The notes under the pieces: generated by a model
Databases searched by the model: none
Seen by the model: the letters and a program-made list of their open reading frames with translations, nothing else
Told to the model about the DNA's origin: nothing
Position numbers and translations under genes: made by a program
Assembly (NCBI GenBank): GCA_046118255.1
Contig: JBJNIA010000006.1
Coordinates: 1 to 49,590, forward strand
Direction: 5' to 3'
Length of the DNA stretch: 49,590 nt
Source of the DNA: Sluysia triapertura
Lineage: Eukaryota
Shown: piece by piece, positions 1 through 13,588 of the stretch
Position numbering within the stretch: position 1 is the first letter of the stretch
How the letters are laid out: every line of letters starts with the position of its first letter

Positions 1-227
1 AATTTCGAAAGATTTTAATGTAAGTTAGAATTTTCATTTATTCTGTAAATATATTGAAATTTAGAGGATTTAAATACACAAGAAATACAAATACCGATGT
101 TTGTTTTTAAGACAACACAATTCTATCCGAAAAACTTTGTTTGAACGTGTTTTGGTTCGAGTTGATTCGGGTCAGCTAAGTAAGAAGGAATATAACTTTC
201 GTATTGTGGTAGACTGCAATAAATCCT

Positions 228-1013
228 GTGTTTTTAAAATTAATGATTTATGTAGTTCGAAGTTTTAGTAAACCACCTGGTGAGAGTATGCATAACGATT
301 TTGAAACAATTTATCAAAGTGAAAGTTTGAGATTAATAATACATAATGTACCAAATAATGGTGTCCCTTCCCTAAAAAGGGACTCAGACTATAAAATTTG
401 TGAAATTGATCAATCGTATAAAAATGTTTATTTAAGTTTTGTGATTAACTTACTAAAAAGTAGCCGAATCAAACAGGGACGATTTTTATTCGTTACTGAT
501 GATGAGTTAGTTGTTGTTCAGGCTTGTAATGACATTTTTGAATTAAATTTTTATACTTTTATTTTTACAGTTCATATTATCAATACGATGCATCGTTATT
601 ATAATATTCTTACTTGGATAACATGTTGTCACAATTTAACTAACAAGCTTAGCATTTTAAATAATTTTAAAAATAAGAAGACGAATGAAGTCGACACTCA
701 TATTCTAGGTGAATACCTCCACAAAGAGCTAAATATTTCTAAGATTTATCGCAACCACGCGATTGCTCATTCTCAATATAATAGTCCTTTTGTATTTATG
801 TTTTATTCTGTTGATGTGATCGCCAATTCCGAACTTAACTTCTTAAATGATTTTAAAATTCTCTACAATTCTATCTCTGTTTGTTTCGTGTATAATATTT
901 TTATTGCTTCTAAATTTTATTGCAGAGCTTACACCATTCGAAGGGTCGAGACGAGTGTGATTATCCGAATCTTGGTAGAGCCATTCCTAGTAATAAATGT
1001 AAGTATTATATAA
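228..1013 (+). mobile_element. 261-codon open frame, possibly a degenerate Mutator/MULE-like transposase
   Basis: Long stop-free frame in very AT-rich DNA; FLFVTDDELVVVQACNDIF...FTVHIINTMHR resembles the MULE 'ivtD.E.a...A...vF...C..Hi' segment, with the Cys missing. No TIRs seen. Confidence 0.35.
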
Positions 1014-1415
1014 TTGGACTGATTGGTTTTATACATGCGTCATCTATTATTGTTAAAATTGTCCTATTTATGTTAAATAAAAAACTTTCATGTTGTTTCT
1101 ACTTTGAAGTTTTCCTTCATAAAGAGATTTTCGAGTGCCTTAATGACTTTTGTTTACGTATAAATAAAAATTATTATAAATCAAATCAGAAAAGAAATAA
1201 CATTAATATTAATTTTCTAATAAATAAAATAAAATCTAAAATTAAATTAATTTTAATTTAACTAATGAGATCTATTCAGCTTTTAATCCCAAGTAAAATA
1301 TTTAATTGAATTACTAAAAATTAATAGTAAAAATGAGTTTTATGTTTAACATGTAAAATTCTTTTACAAAATAATTACAACTACACTATTATTATTCTTA
1401 AAAAGAAATCAAAAA

Positions 1416-1440
1416 ATTCTAGAACATTCTGGAATTTTCG
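1416..1440. promoter_or_regulatory. Heat-shock element (five alternating nGAAn units)
   Basis: TTCtaGAAcaTTCtgGAAttTTC at 1417-1439 with perfect spacing; Inr-like TCAGTT at 1469-1474. Confidence 0.5.
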
Positions 1441-1857
1441 AAAATTCTATTGATATACTGGCACCAGTTCAGTTTCAAAAACGCATTATTTCAAAAATTT
1501 TAATGGTTTATTAAATTTTGCGAAGATCACGTTACAATTAATCATTGTTAGGAGTCAAATTTTAGGAGATTAAATTACTTTTAATGATTTTAGTAAAAGA
1601 TTTTAACGAATTGGTTTTAGTTTCTCAATTTCATTCAATTCGAACAATTAAAGTTGAGCATAGTACATAATTAAAATTTATTAACTCCAAAACTTATTAA
1701 AAGCAAAAAATTACGAAGGTCTAGTTCTGCGTATAAAATTGTTTTATTTATGATCTTAACATTTCAATCATAGTTAGATAATAGTTTATTGTTTTAGGAA
1801 AACTAGAAAGGGAATTTATATTTAAAGATTATATTTAAGATTAACTTAGAAGACAAA

Positions 1858-1893
1858 GTGACGCACTTCCATTGCTTTCATCACAACTTCCGG
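1858..1893. promoter_or_regulatory. CRE/ETS-type promoter motifs
   Basis: GTGACGCACTTCC (1858-1870) and ACTTCCGG (1886-1893), GC-rich motifs within AT-rich DNA. Confidence 0.3.
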
Positions 1894-2155
1894 TCAAAAT
1901 GAAAAATACCTCCATACCAAAATTTAAGGGAAATATTTATTACACTAATAAAATAGTGTCAATGTTATCAATCGGATTGATGCTATTAAAAGTAGAACTA
2001 CATGATAAAAAAGACGTTATTCAGTAGTTTAATACAGTTATTTGACAAACTATTACTATGTAATTTCGTAAAAATAACTAATTTAACAATTTTTATTGAC
2101 AACGTCTCTACAATACATGAAACAACACAAAATGCTAAAAGTTCATCGAATGAAT

Positions 2156-3547
<1,392 letters not shown>

Positions 3548-6500
3548 GTTTAGTTAAATTGCTACCGCAGCAAATTTGTAAAAATTATTATAGTTATAAG
3601 ATTTTATCGAATTAATAATTCAAATTTAAAATTAATTGTTTATAGACTGTTTATGGATTTTTTAAATAGATTTTTAATTTATAGTTTAAAATTTAATTAT
3701 ATATAATCAAAACTACTAAATTACAATAAATTTAATAATGGGTAATTTTTGTAAATCGAACATATTTAAAAAATTTTTGCAATTAATTCAGTTAATTTAA
3801 TCAGTTCATAAAAATGATCAAATAATTTAAAAGCTGAATGTAATTATCGAAAAGTAAATTTTAACATTTTAAAATAAAACATTTCATGAATAAATTTGTT
3901 ATTCATGCTGGTTAAAATGATGCTTATATTGATCATATACTCTATTGATATGTTTGTACGTGGTACCTTAAATAACAATTAATAACAGTTAATAAAAGTA
4001 AATAAGTAACTTTAAAAAAATATTCTGATAATGTTATCAACAATATGAGACAAGTTTTTATTTCGAATCCAAGGAGTAATATTTTAAGCAACTATTAAAT
4101 TGCAATTTACTGAAATTATTACCGACCTACAAAGACTATTTTTAAAAAATTATAACATGTGTATTAGTAGTTATGAAATATTTAAATATTTCAAGATTTC
4201 CATATAAAACATTTATTTTATTATCGTTGCGCAATGATAATGTAATTAATGATAATGATAATTGTGAATCAACGAAACAAAATATCAAATGGCTAAACTA
4301 ACGATATTAGGAAGAAAACCAAAAAAATATAATAACGATAATAAATTTAAAAATTAGTATAATGAATAATATCAAAAACCTAGAAATAAAAAATTTATTG
4401 TGGTAACAATAAAATTTATGATAACTAAAATGATATAAATATATGGAAATACTTACGACAATTAAACGAAAATATAGGATATCATTAATGAATAATTCAA
4501 ATTAATAAAGATTGCAAGGGACTACAAATTCAAATAGATCATTACGTTCAGCGGATCACTTTTCTCTATTCAACTACTAATTGAAACAAAATATTTAATA
4601 CTAAACATACAAGAATCAATTCTGAATTACTATTCAAAAGTAATTTAGTTAAAATAATGTTTGTTTATTCATATTAGGTTTTTCACCATTTAAAGGTGAA
4701 TATAATCTACTCAACATAATTAACTTTTTTGACTCCAATTTAAAAAGGAGAAAAAATCTCTAAAATCTATATCATTATACTTAAATACTTGAAAGAATAA
4801 AAAATATTTAAGAAGAAGAATAATAATAATAATAATAATAATAATGTTGGGATTAGTAAAGAATAAGGGTTGATAGAAGGGTCAAAACTTAGGACNNNNN
4901 NNNNNNNNNNNNNNNNNNNNNNNNNNNNNNNNNNNNNNNNNNNNNNNNNNNNNNNNNNNNNNNNNNNNNNNNNNNNNNNNNNNNNNNNNNNNNNNCTATT
5001 TGTGCTGCGACCCCTAGGAACTAAAATAAAAAGAATAAAGTAATTTTTTTAACACCAAAAAATTAAAATATATTTATAATAACATATTAGAACTTACTCT
5101 TGTTGAAACTGTTTTTTGTCGTCCAATAAAATAAAAGAATAATTGTATTAAAAATTATTTAAAATTAGAATTCTCATATTTAAAGAATATTTGCTTATGA
5201 ATCTTCTATAACTTTGAAATTTCTCGCGATCCCAAAAAAATTTTTCAACATTATTTACTTTATAATTTTGATTATCTAACAAATGTTGCGTAGATTCTTA
5301 CATAATTTGCATGATTCACTGAAATAGAGTTTATTAAAATATAGAAATTGCGAAATGATTTGCTGACACTTAATCGGTTCACAGTTAATCGTATTTAATA
5401 ATTTTTTTATTTAATCATTTTTTAAATATAAATTTATTTGTTAGTTATTTTTTACGCTTAGTTTAAAAGGCAAACATACAATGTTACATTACAATTTTAA
5501 ATACATTAAAGAAAAACCTGACTTCATGGAGATGCAAAGTCAATTTAATTGCCGTTAGTTAGAGAGACTCAAGTTGACCGAAATATGATCGAAAATTTAG
5601 TACCCCGAGCAGTCGATCAAATGAAATTTTCTATATATGATGTTACTATAAATCCGATTAATATAATGGTACAAAATAGTTGATGCCCGTATAATACATC
5701 CCTCAATTAAACTATTGAACTATTTTTATTGTTTTGTGTTTGTATGTATTCAGTTACAATTCTTATAACGCGATAGTTATGTACTGCGTTGTACAGGGAA
5801 TCCACCACATTTGATAATGAATATTCGATTTTGAATATAATGTTTTGAAAAGCACCATTTTATAGATTTTTTATGACTAATTAAGAATTAATAAAAATTT
5901 AAGATTAAAACAAGTCTACTTGCTATTGAAAGATAATTTTTTAAAATATTCTAATTAATGCATATTAAGAAGAATTTTACTTTTTATGGAAATAATATAT
6001 AAAGTGACAAAAAAAAGATGTCTAAAATATAATTTACTTTAATACCATAATATTGTGATACAATTATTTATTGATTTTGTAAACATTCCAATCACACAGA
6101 ACTTTTGAATTAATTTGAATAACTTTTGAATAAATAATGTTAATCAATACTTCAAAAAATGTAATTCTAAGTATTTAAAGATGAATAGAAAATGCGCAAT
6201 AGTAAGCAGACAATATTTGTTAATATTTTTTGAAACATGTCATTAGAAACAGAAACAAAAACAAATTTTAATCTCTTATGTTAAACATCTAATAACACTG
6301 TTTTTGTCTGACAATATCAAATGACTTAAGAGAAGTTTATCTTCTATCCGGAATGAAATATTTTCTTATTTGTTGTTTAATATTGTTTATGAATATGCAA
6401 AAATCATTAAAAATTATAAAAAAAGTGCTTCCATAAACTTATCTAAATATTAAATACTACGATCTGATTGGATAACTAACGAATTTATCACTTTTTATTA

Positions 6501-6791
6501 TCTACTAGAATAACAATGACCCCGGTAGGGGTTTCCCTTAATGCACAGAGATTCTTTTAGTATCATTAATACTAAAGATCTAAAATTTAAGTGCATCTAT
6601 TATTAATTTTAATATTAATTTATTTTTGAATCAAATTTTTCGGTAATTTAATTAAAGAAAAATATTTTTTCGCTTCTCTATTTAAATCTATTTTTATTTA
6701 TTTAAGCAGACTACATTCTTGTTAAAATTGCTTGACTTACTACATCTTTCTTTGGAGTTGATATTTGTCTCGTGTTTGCATCTTGAAACGG

Positions 6792-6838
<47 letters not shown>

Positions 6839-8644
6839 GATTATTATTTTATTAAAATTCAATAATATTTAAAGAACTTTATAGTAAGTCTTAATAATCG
6901 AAAACGTAAAGAAGCATCTTAACAATAAATATCTTTAAAAAGCACTTACTATGAAAGATAAATTAAAACAAAATTTAACAAGGATGGTAATTAGATGATT
7001 AAAGATTAAATTGAAACACAGTTGAAACTAAAAATAAACAATTTTATTAAAATAGAAATGAAAAAAGAATGCAGTAAGTACAAACAAGTAGAAATTGTCA
7101 CTTAATCACTAAATAAATTATATTACACCAAATCAATATTTTAGGAAAACATTAACATAAAAGAAATTGCCCGTATGAAAACAAATACATTAAATTCATT
7201 TATATGCTTTTAACCACAGAAAGAAATGGATCATTTATATCTGAATGACACCATTTATTGTGTTTATGTAACGGTTATTAATGTTTATACATTTTATTGA
7301 TCAAACATTCGTAATTTCGAATTTTCGTTTTATGTATTTGAATTAATCGACTGTGACACAAAAATGATTCATACTTTTAACGACTTTTGTTTTTTATATT
7401 TAACAATATCTTGCTAACAATAGGGGATTTAATCATGAATTTCACATAATAAGTTTATTTAGAAAAACAGTATCAAATTCATTACTTATTTCGATAATAT
7501 AATATTATAATACGAGTATTCATGCATTAGTATAGCATTTGTATATTTTATTCAGTAATTAACAACTGTTAATAAAGTATTACAAAAAAATTAATCCAAA
7601 TTGTAACAGTATTAATTAATTAATTAATTAATTAACTGAGTAAAATTTTATTTATGCAAATGTTATACTACTAGTTTTTGTTATACAATTAACATTTAGT
7701 GTCTTAATAAGTTAATTTATTTTCAAAGATTGTAATTGTGAGAATAATTTTTTTAATGAATTTAGAATAATTTTAAATCATTAATTATTAAAAATGAAAC
7801 CGAAATACAAACAAAAGGTCTTAAAAGTTTACTTAACTTCTAAGGCAAAATATCTTAAAACAATTTAAAAATACAAAGAAAACAAAAGAAAACATAAATG
7901 GAACAAGAACAGAATGCTATATATGATTTTAGTAAAGTAGAACTGAATACCAGCAGACAAAAAATATATGCTAACACAACTGATAAATAAAAAATTAATT
8001 AATTAATATATAAAAGAAATTTCTCATATTATTATGAAAATAATTATATTATAATAATCATTTATACATTTTTAACTATAGAAAGAAAATGGCCATATAA
8101 TTGAAATTAACTATAGATTAAACTTAACTGCATAAAAGTTACTGTAGAATGAAATTCAACAAATTATTGGTCCTTAACATAGTGTCAGTGACAATTACTA
8201 TATAAATGGTTATTTTCTGTTGAAATAAAAACATTCACTTTTTGTAATGATATAATTAATTTCAGAAATTGGTGTAATAATGTAAATGTTGGTAATGAAG
8301 TATGGATTTTATTTCTAATATGATTGTGACTTATAAAGAAAAGGATATATTTTTAAAATATAGTTGTGGGAATTCTCTTGGTATGACTTAAAATAACTTT
8401 TCCTAGTTTCATTACATTGTATTTCGTTAATACCTAAATGTGTATCGTTCATTTCTTTATTGATTTTATTTAATCAAAATTTTATAACTTTTACTATATT
8501 TGGTCTTAAATTCAATAAGAACTTCTTAAACTTATTACCTATTGGATCGTCATATAAATAATTACTGGGTAATTTTATTATAGTATAAATATAGTTATAT
8601 ATAATTATAGTTTTATTTAAATATAAATATATGCATAACTACAC

Positions 8645-8824
8645 TTCTATCTCTAATATTCGAGAAAAGTCCTGAATTAACCACGATGTAAAGACTACTT
8701 ATAAACATATTGAATTGTCAATATTCGATATTCTATCAAATGTCAATATTCTATCTCTAATATTCGAGAAAAGTTCTGAATTAACCACGATGTAAAGACT
8801 ACTTATAAACATATTGAATTGTCA
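8645..8824. repeat. 76-bp direct duplication with 28-bp spacer
   Basis: 8645-8720 and 8749-8824 differ by one base. Confidence 0.9.
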
Positions 8825-9051
8825 GTAAAAGTAAAATTAAACTCATGCAATAATTTGAGATAAATGCGAAACATAATGTACACAAAAACTTTACGAAAAA
8901 AGGAATTAGATGAGAAACAACCATCACGAGATTAATTATAAACTAGTTTGATTGATTATTCGCAAAACTAAAGCATTACAAAAACTTTCATGTTAAACAT
9001 CTTCAATAAAGAATTATCTACTAAAATAAAATAAATATTTTCGGTGAAACT

Positions 9052-9296
9052 TTAAACCCTTAACGCGCAGAAACGTATTAACACAGGCGTGCAAAACCGG
9101 TCAAAATGTGCAGACCCGTATATATACGGTCGGCGTCGCAACTTATGTCGCTAAAATGTTCAGATTCGAATATATCCGGGTATTAAAAATAACTTAATAT
9201 TTATTGAAATTAAGGTCCAAATGTGTATTTTCTTAAATAAAAAAAATTGATTTTTTTAGTCGGTTTTTTTTTAAAAATTGTGCATTAAGGAGTTAA
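9052..9296. mobile_element. piggyBac-type non-autonomous element (MITE, about 237 bp)
   Basis: TTAA at 9052-9055 and 9293-9296 flank imperfect TIRs ACCCTTAACGCGCAG / CTCCTTAATGCACAA (reverse complement); internal palindrome CCGTATATATACGG and a related second subterminal copy. Confidence 0.6.
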
Positions 9297-9769
9297 ATTA
9301 ATTTTAATTTATATATCGTCAATGAAACAGAACAATGTAAAAATAAGTCAATTTATTTTGAATTTAGTATTATGAGAAATTTATTTTGACAAAGTACTCA
9401 CACAGAACTAAATATCACACAAATATTTGGAGTTTAGATGATACTAATTAGCATGATAAGATAAGTACATTTAATATTGAGATTTTGTCCACAAATGAAA
9501 TAATTATATAAAACAATCCTAAGTGGACTATATTATATCAAAATTATATTAAAATATGATTCGTATAGATTAATACGAAAAAAATCTATTTTAGATTTTT
9601 TTGTATGACGAAATTATGAAAATAATCTTGAATTGCATATTAGTATCATCGGAAAATATCTTTTGTCATTATTTATTCAAAAGAAACAAAAATATTCTTA
9701 TTTAGAAGAATTTTTTTGACTTATAGGATATTTTTGAATTTCGACATCATCTATACATTTTGTATGTTT

Positions 9770-11055
9770 TTAATGCATTTCATGTTCGATTTCTCCATCA
9801 CCACCTTCTTCTTCGTCATATTCTTCGTTTGTTTCAAGTGCTGCATCTTCAATTTCATTTTCTTGTTCTTCAACTTCATCAATTTCTTCTTCAACTTCTT
9901 CTGCCTCTTCATTTTCTGGTGACCGTGTTCCTGTTGTGTATCCTTCTGCATCTTCCTCATCTTTGGCTGATGCCCCTACTTCGATATAATCATTTATCAA
10001 ACTAGTCATTGAATCTCGAGCTTCATTAAATTCTCCTTCTTCCATACCTTCACCAACATACCAATGGACAAAGGTACGTTTTGAAAATAGTATATCAAAT
10101 TTCTTCAAAAGTCCTGTCCAACAACAACCAATAGCTGTTGTATTTGTTAACATCAAAACGGATCTTAATGTTTGAGCGATTTCACTACCTGGTACAGCTG
10201 TTGGTGGTTGACAATTTATACCTATTTTAAATCCTGTTGGACACCAATCAACAAATTTAATATCTGTTCGTCTTTTTATCTCAAAAACAGCAGAATTGAC
10301 TTGTTTTGGTGTTACATCTCCGCGATATTGCAAACAACACGCCATATATTTGCCACTAGCTAATTTTATAGTCACTAAGGAACTTTTATCATCAAATATA
10401 GCCCTGGTTAATTCATTAATACCTAAATATTCATGATCAGCTCGTCTAGATGAAAGCACAGGTGTGTATGCTGTTATTGGATAATGTATGCGTGGATATG
10501 GTACTAAATTTGTTGTAACTTGATCAAGATCGGCATTAAGAAAGCTTTCGAAACGTAATGATACAGTTAATGAACTAAACACCTGTGCTAATATTCTGTT
10601 TAGATTATTATAAGTTGGTCGACCGATATCTAATGTATTCACACACATATTATTAACAGCATTATTATCTGTCATGCTAGATATTTCTGCATTATCAATA
10701 GATGTTGTAATACTTAATAATGAATTGTATGGTTCTACTACAGCAGTTGCCAAATTAGCACATGGTATTATAGCATATTGAAATTTGGATCGTTTTGTGT
10801 ATTCTACTCCAGTTCTTTCAATTAAAAGCGAAGCAAAACCAGAACCAGTACCGCCACCATAACTATTTATAATAAAAAAACCTTGTAACATATCACAATT
10901 ATCAACTGCTTTTCGTAGACATTCTATCGTTGTTTCAATTAAAGTTTTACCTAAAGTGAAATGACCTCTTGCATAATTGTTTGCTGCATCTTCAGCTCCC
11001 GATATAAGCTGATCTGGGTGCCATAAATTACGGTATGCACCAGTTCTGACTTCAT
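9770..11055 (-). CDS. TUBA: Divergent alpha-tubulin, 3' exon (residues 76-503 in canonical numbering); 5' exon(s) not found
   Basis: Colinear with alpha-tubulin from DEVRTG to DYIEVG with no indels or stops; [16 protein letters not shown] and [13 protein letters not shown] retained. Acceptor ...ATAACAG|ATGAAGTC at 11056/11055 is phase 1 in codon 76; the ORF-track start MYVYIT is intronic. Confidence 0.93.
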
Positions 11056-12396
11056 CTGTTATGTAAACATACAATAAAATAAAAAGAAATAATTAAAATA
11101 CTTCATTTATAAAATAAATTCTAAACTTTTATTTAATGACTAATTTAAATACCATTAATATAATTTGAAATATAGCTGAAATATAATATTGGATTATATT
11201 TGTGACTAGATTTGGTTGGAGCCTATTTATGATTTATTTTAGTGATCTCACAATTGATCTCATAGATTGAAATGACATTCAAGAGCGTCAAATTATTTAT
11301 TTATTTATTATTTTTGTTGTTACATCAAAGTATAATTTTTATTTTATACCACAAAAAACGTATATAAACGCAACTAAATGCCACCACATTTCAATAAACA
11401 TTAAATCAACTCAATTATTTAGTAACATTCAGTATCAGTACTAGAAATTTTGGATTATTTTTGATTAATAAATTTATTAAGTTATTTCTTGTAAGTTCGC
11501 TTCGACTCTTGCAGTCAAAATATTAAAATCACACTTAAATTCTTTCTTTGGTATATTTTACCATCCCGATTTAATGAGGGGAAAATTTTGTATTTAAAAT
11601 TTAAAAATTAATAATTAAATTCCTGAAAGGGTCTGAATTATAAAATATCTATTCTATTCTTACTCCTACTCAAATTGAACAGTGTCTTATAATAAACCTT
11701 ATATTTTTGTTATTATTTTGATGTTAATTTGTTGTTAATTTCCGATATTTTAAAAAATTCATTTAGAACAAGTTGGAATAAGATTACCTCAAAATGAAAT
11801 CACAAGTACGAGACCCTCTAACTAGTATAGAATAAGAATTAAAATTTAAGTAATATGCGTTAATTCAAATTTTGATAGCAAAAACGATTGTTTTAGTTAA
11901 AGGAACTCCCAATCTACGTCATAAGTCTTTTACTGTAACCGGACCTTCCTCAATTTTATTTTGCCTTAGGTTTAGAGTTAAGAAAACCACAACGCATAAA
12001 TTTATTATTCACACATCACACAAACATACAGTAATTCACAAAATACATAAGAAAATCTCTAATTTTAATTATGTTAAATCACAATCTGATCATCTAATTC
12101 ACGTCGTAATCATACATTCGTAAATCATCAAATATTTTTTGTTTCTTTAGCAAACTATTCAATTATAATGTTCCAAACAAACAATTTCAATAAGGTTCAT
12201 TTTCAAGTCCAAACACAATGTTTCACACGATCTTTTACTTTACACTATTCAAAATCATTCTATTACTCTTATAGCTTCAAAATCTTTAAATTTGTTAGTA
12301 TTTCAAACAATTAATTTAACACATTTAATAATAATAAATTAAATTAATAATACTAATAACAATAATTACATTAGTTATACAATAATAACCTTAATC

Positions 12397-12467
<71 letters not shown>

Positions 12468-12819
12468 NNNNNNNNNNNNNNNNNNNNNNNNNNNNNNNNN
12501 NNNNNNNNNNNNNNNNNNNNNNNNNNNNNNNNNNNNNNNNNNNNNNNNNNNNNNNNNNNNNNNNNNNAATAAGCACCATCATTGGTATGCAACATATAGT
12601 AAAATAGTTGGTTGTCAGATTAAGTGATAGTAGATCACTACATATGTTTTGATTAATTGACCTTTAAAATCGACTTTGATCACTTAATCTTTGATTCCAT
12701 ACAAATACCCTAAACTCCATACGCGAAGCACTTAAACTCTAAATCCATATAAACCAAAAACTAAAAACACTATCCTTAATTTGCAACGCTAAATCCAAAT
12801 TTAATACTCTAACTAAAAG

Positions 12820-12911
12820 CCAATACAAAATATTCAACCAATGAGATCGTTCAAAACTGTTACACAACAATCATGAGTAAATCACATTTTCGAGGGGATG
12901 GTTTGGCGCGG
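12820..12911. promoter_or_regulatory. CCAAT boxes plus E2F-like site
   Basis: CCAAT at about 12820 and 12838; TTTGGCGCGG at 12902-12911. Confidence 0.25.
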
Positions 12912-13435
12912 ATATATCCACGTACTTCTAAAATGAAATTGATTTTCGTATGCTTAAATATTACATGATCTATTATTTGCCAATAAACTTCGTAAAATAT
13001 GTTAAAGAACTCTATACATAGTACAAATTTAACATAGCTAATAATAGAAACACTTAAGTTGAATTAATTAAATTATGATTTTTCGTTGTTTAACATTAAT
13101 TTTTTATTTGAATTTTGTAAATTTATTATGATCCATGACATCGTTAAATTAAGCCAAGTTATGTATAAATGTTGCATCACATTTATATTTAGTTCTTAAA
13201 GTTATCTTAAGATAATTTAGAATGTGTTGAATAATAAAAATGTGTATAATAATTAGGAAATTTGTATCAAGAAATTTAATAATTTGAATTTTACAAAACT
13301 TTGATGTTTATTATTTTCTCATTTCTCGGAATACGTGATTTAAATTGTTGAATTTCCTTTTAATTACTTGATAAAATTAAATTAAATAAAAACTAATTGA
13401 ATGTATATAATTATTATTACATTTTGCAAATTCAG

Positions 13436-13530
13436 AAAATTTAAATGTTGAATCAGATAAAAATGAAACATATCAATTTAAAGATTATACAAATGAAGCT
13501 AAAAGAATGATACGAATAGCATTACCAATG
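13436..13530 (+). CDS. MATE/SLC47-family transporter exon (N-terminal, into TM1)
   Basis: ttcag| ...KDYTNEAKRMIRIALPM |gtatga; corresponds to the SLC47A1 E.R.LL.LAGPA exon end and splices in frame (phase 0) to 15150. Confidence 0.75.
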
Positions 13531-13588
13531 GTATGATTTAATTTATCAATAAATAATAAAACACTGTTTTATTACATAAAAAGCATTT

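Noticed and set aside
7058-7079. ATG AAA AAA GAA TGC A|GTAAGT as a phase-compatible first MATE exon, which would nest the second tubulin too
   Set aside because: Too short to distinguish from chance, and it lies across an unsized gap.
8645-8824. Repeat-spacer-repeat as a CRISPR array
   Set aside because: Two 76-bp copies only, spacer derived from the repeat, eukaryotic context, no cas genes.
9716-10363. Short ORFs overlapping the tubulin genes (also 2002-2323, 3307-3514, 14515-14715)
   Set aside because: Shadow frames of tubulin coding sequence.
12568-12620. Minus-strand SDNQLFYYMLHTNDGAY as the missing tubulin 5' exon (cf. [17 protein letters not shown])
   Set aside because: Only about three identities, an in-frame TAA immediately upstream, and no CWELY- or MREC-like sequence.
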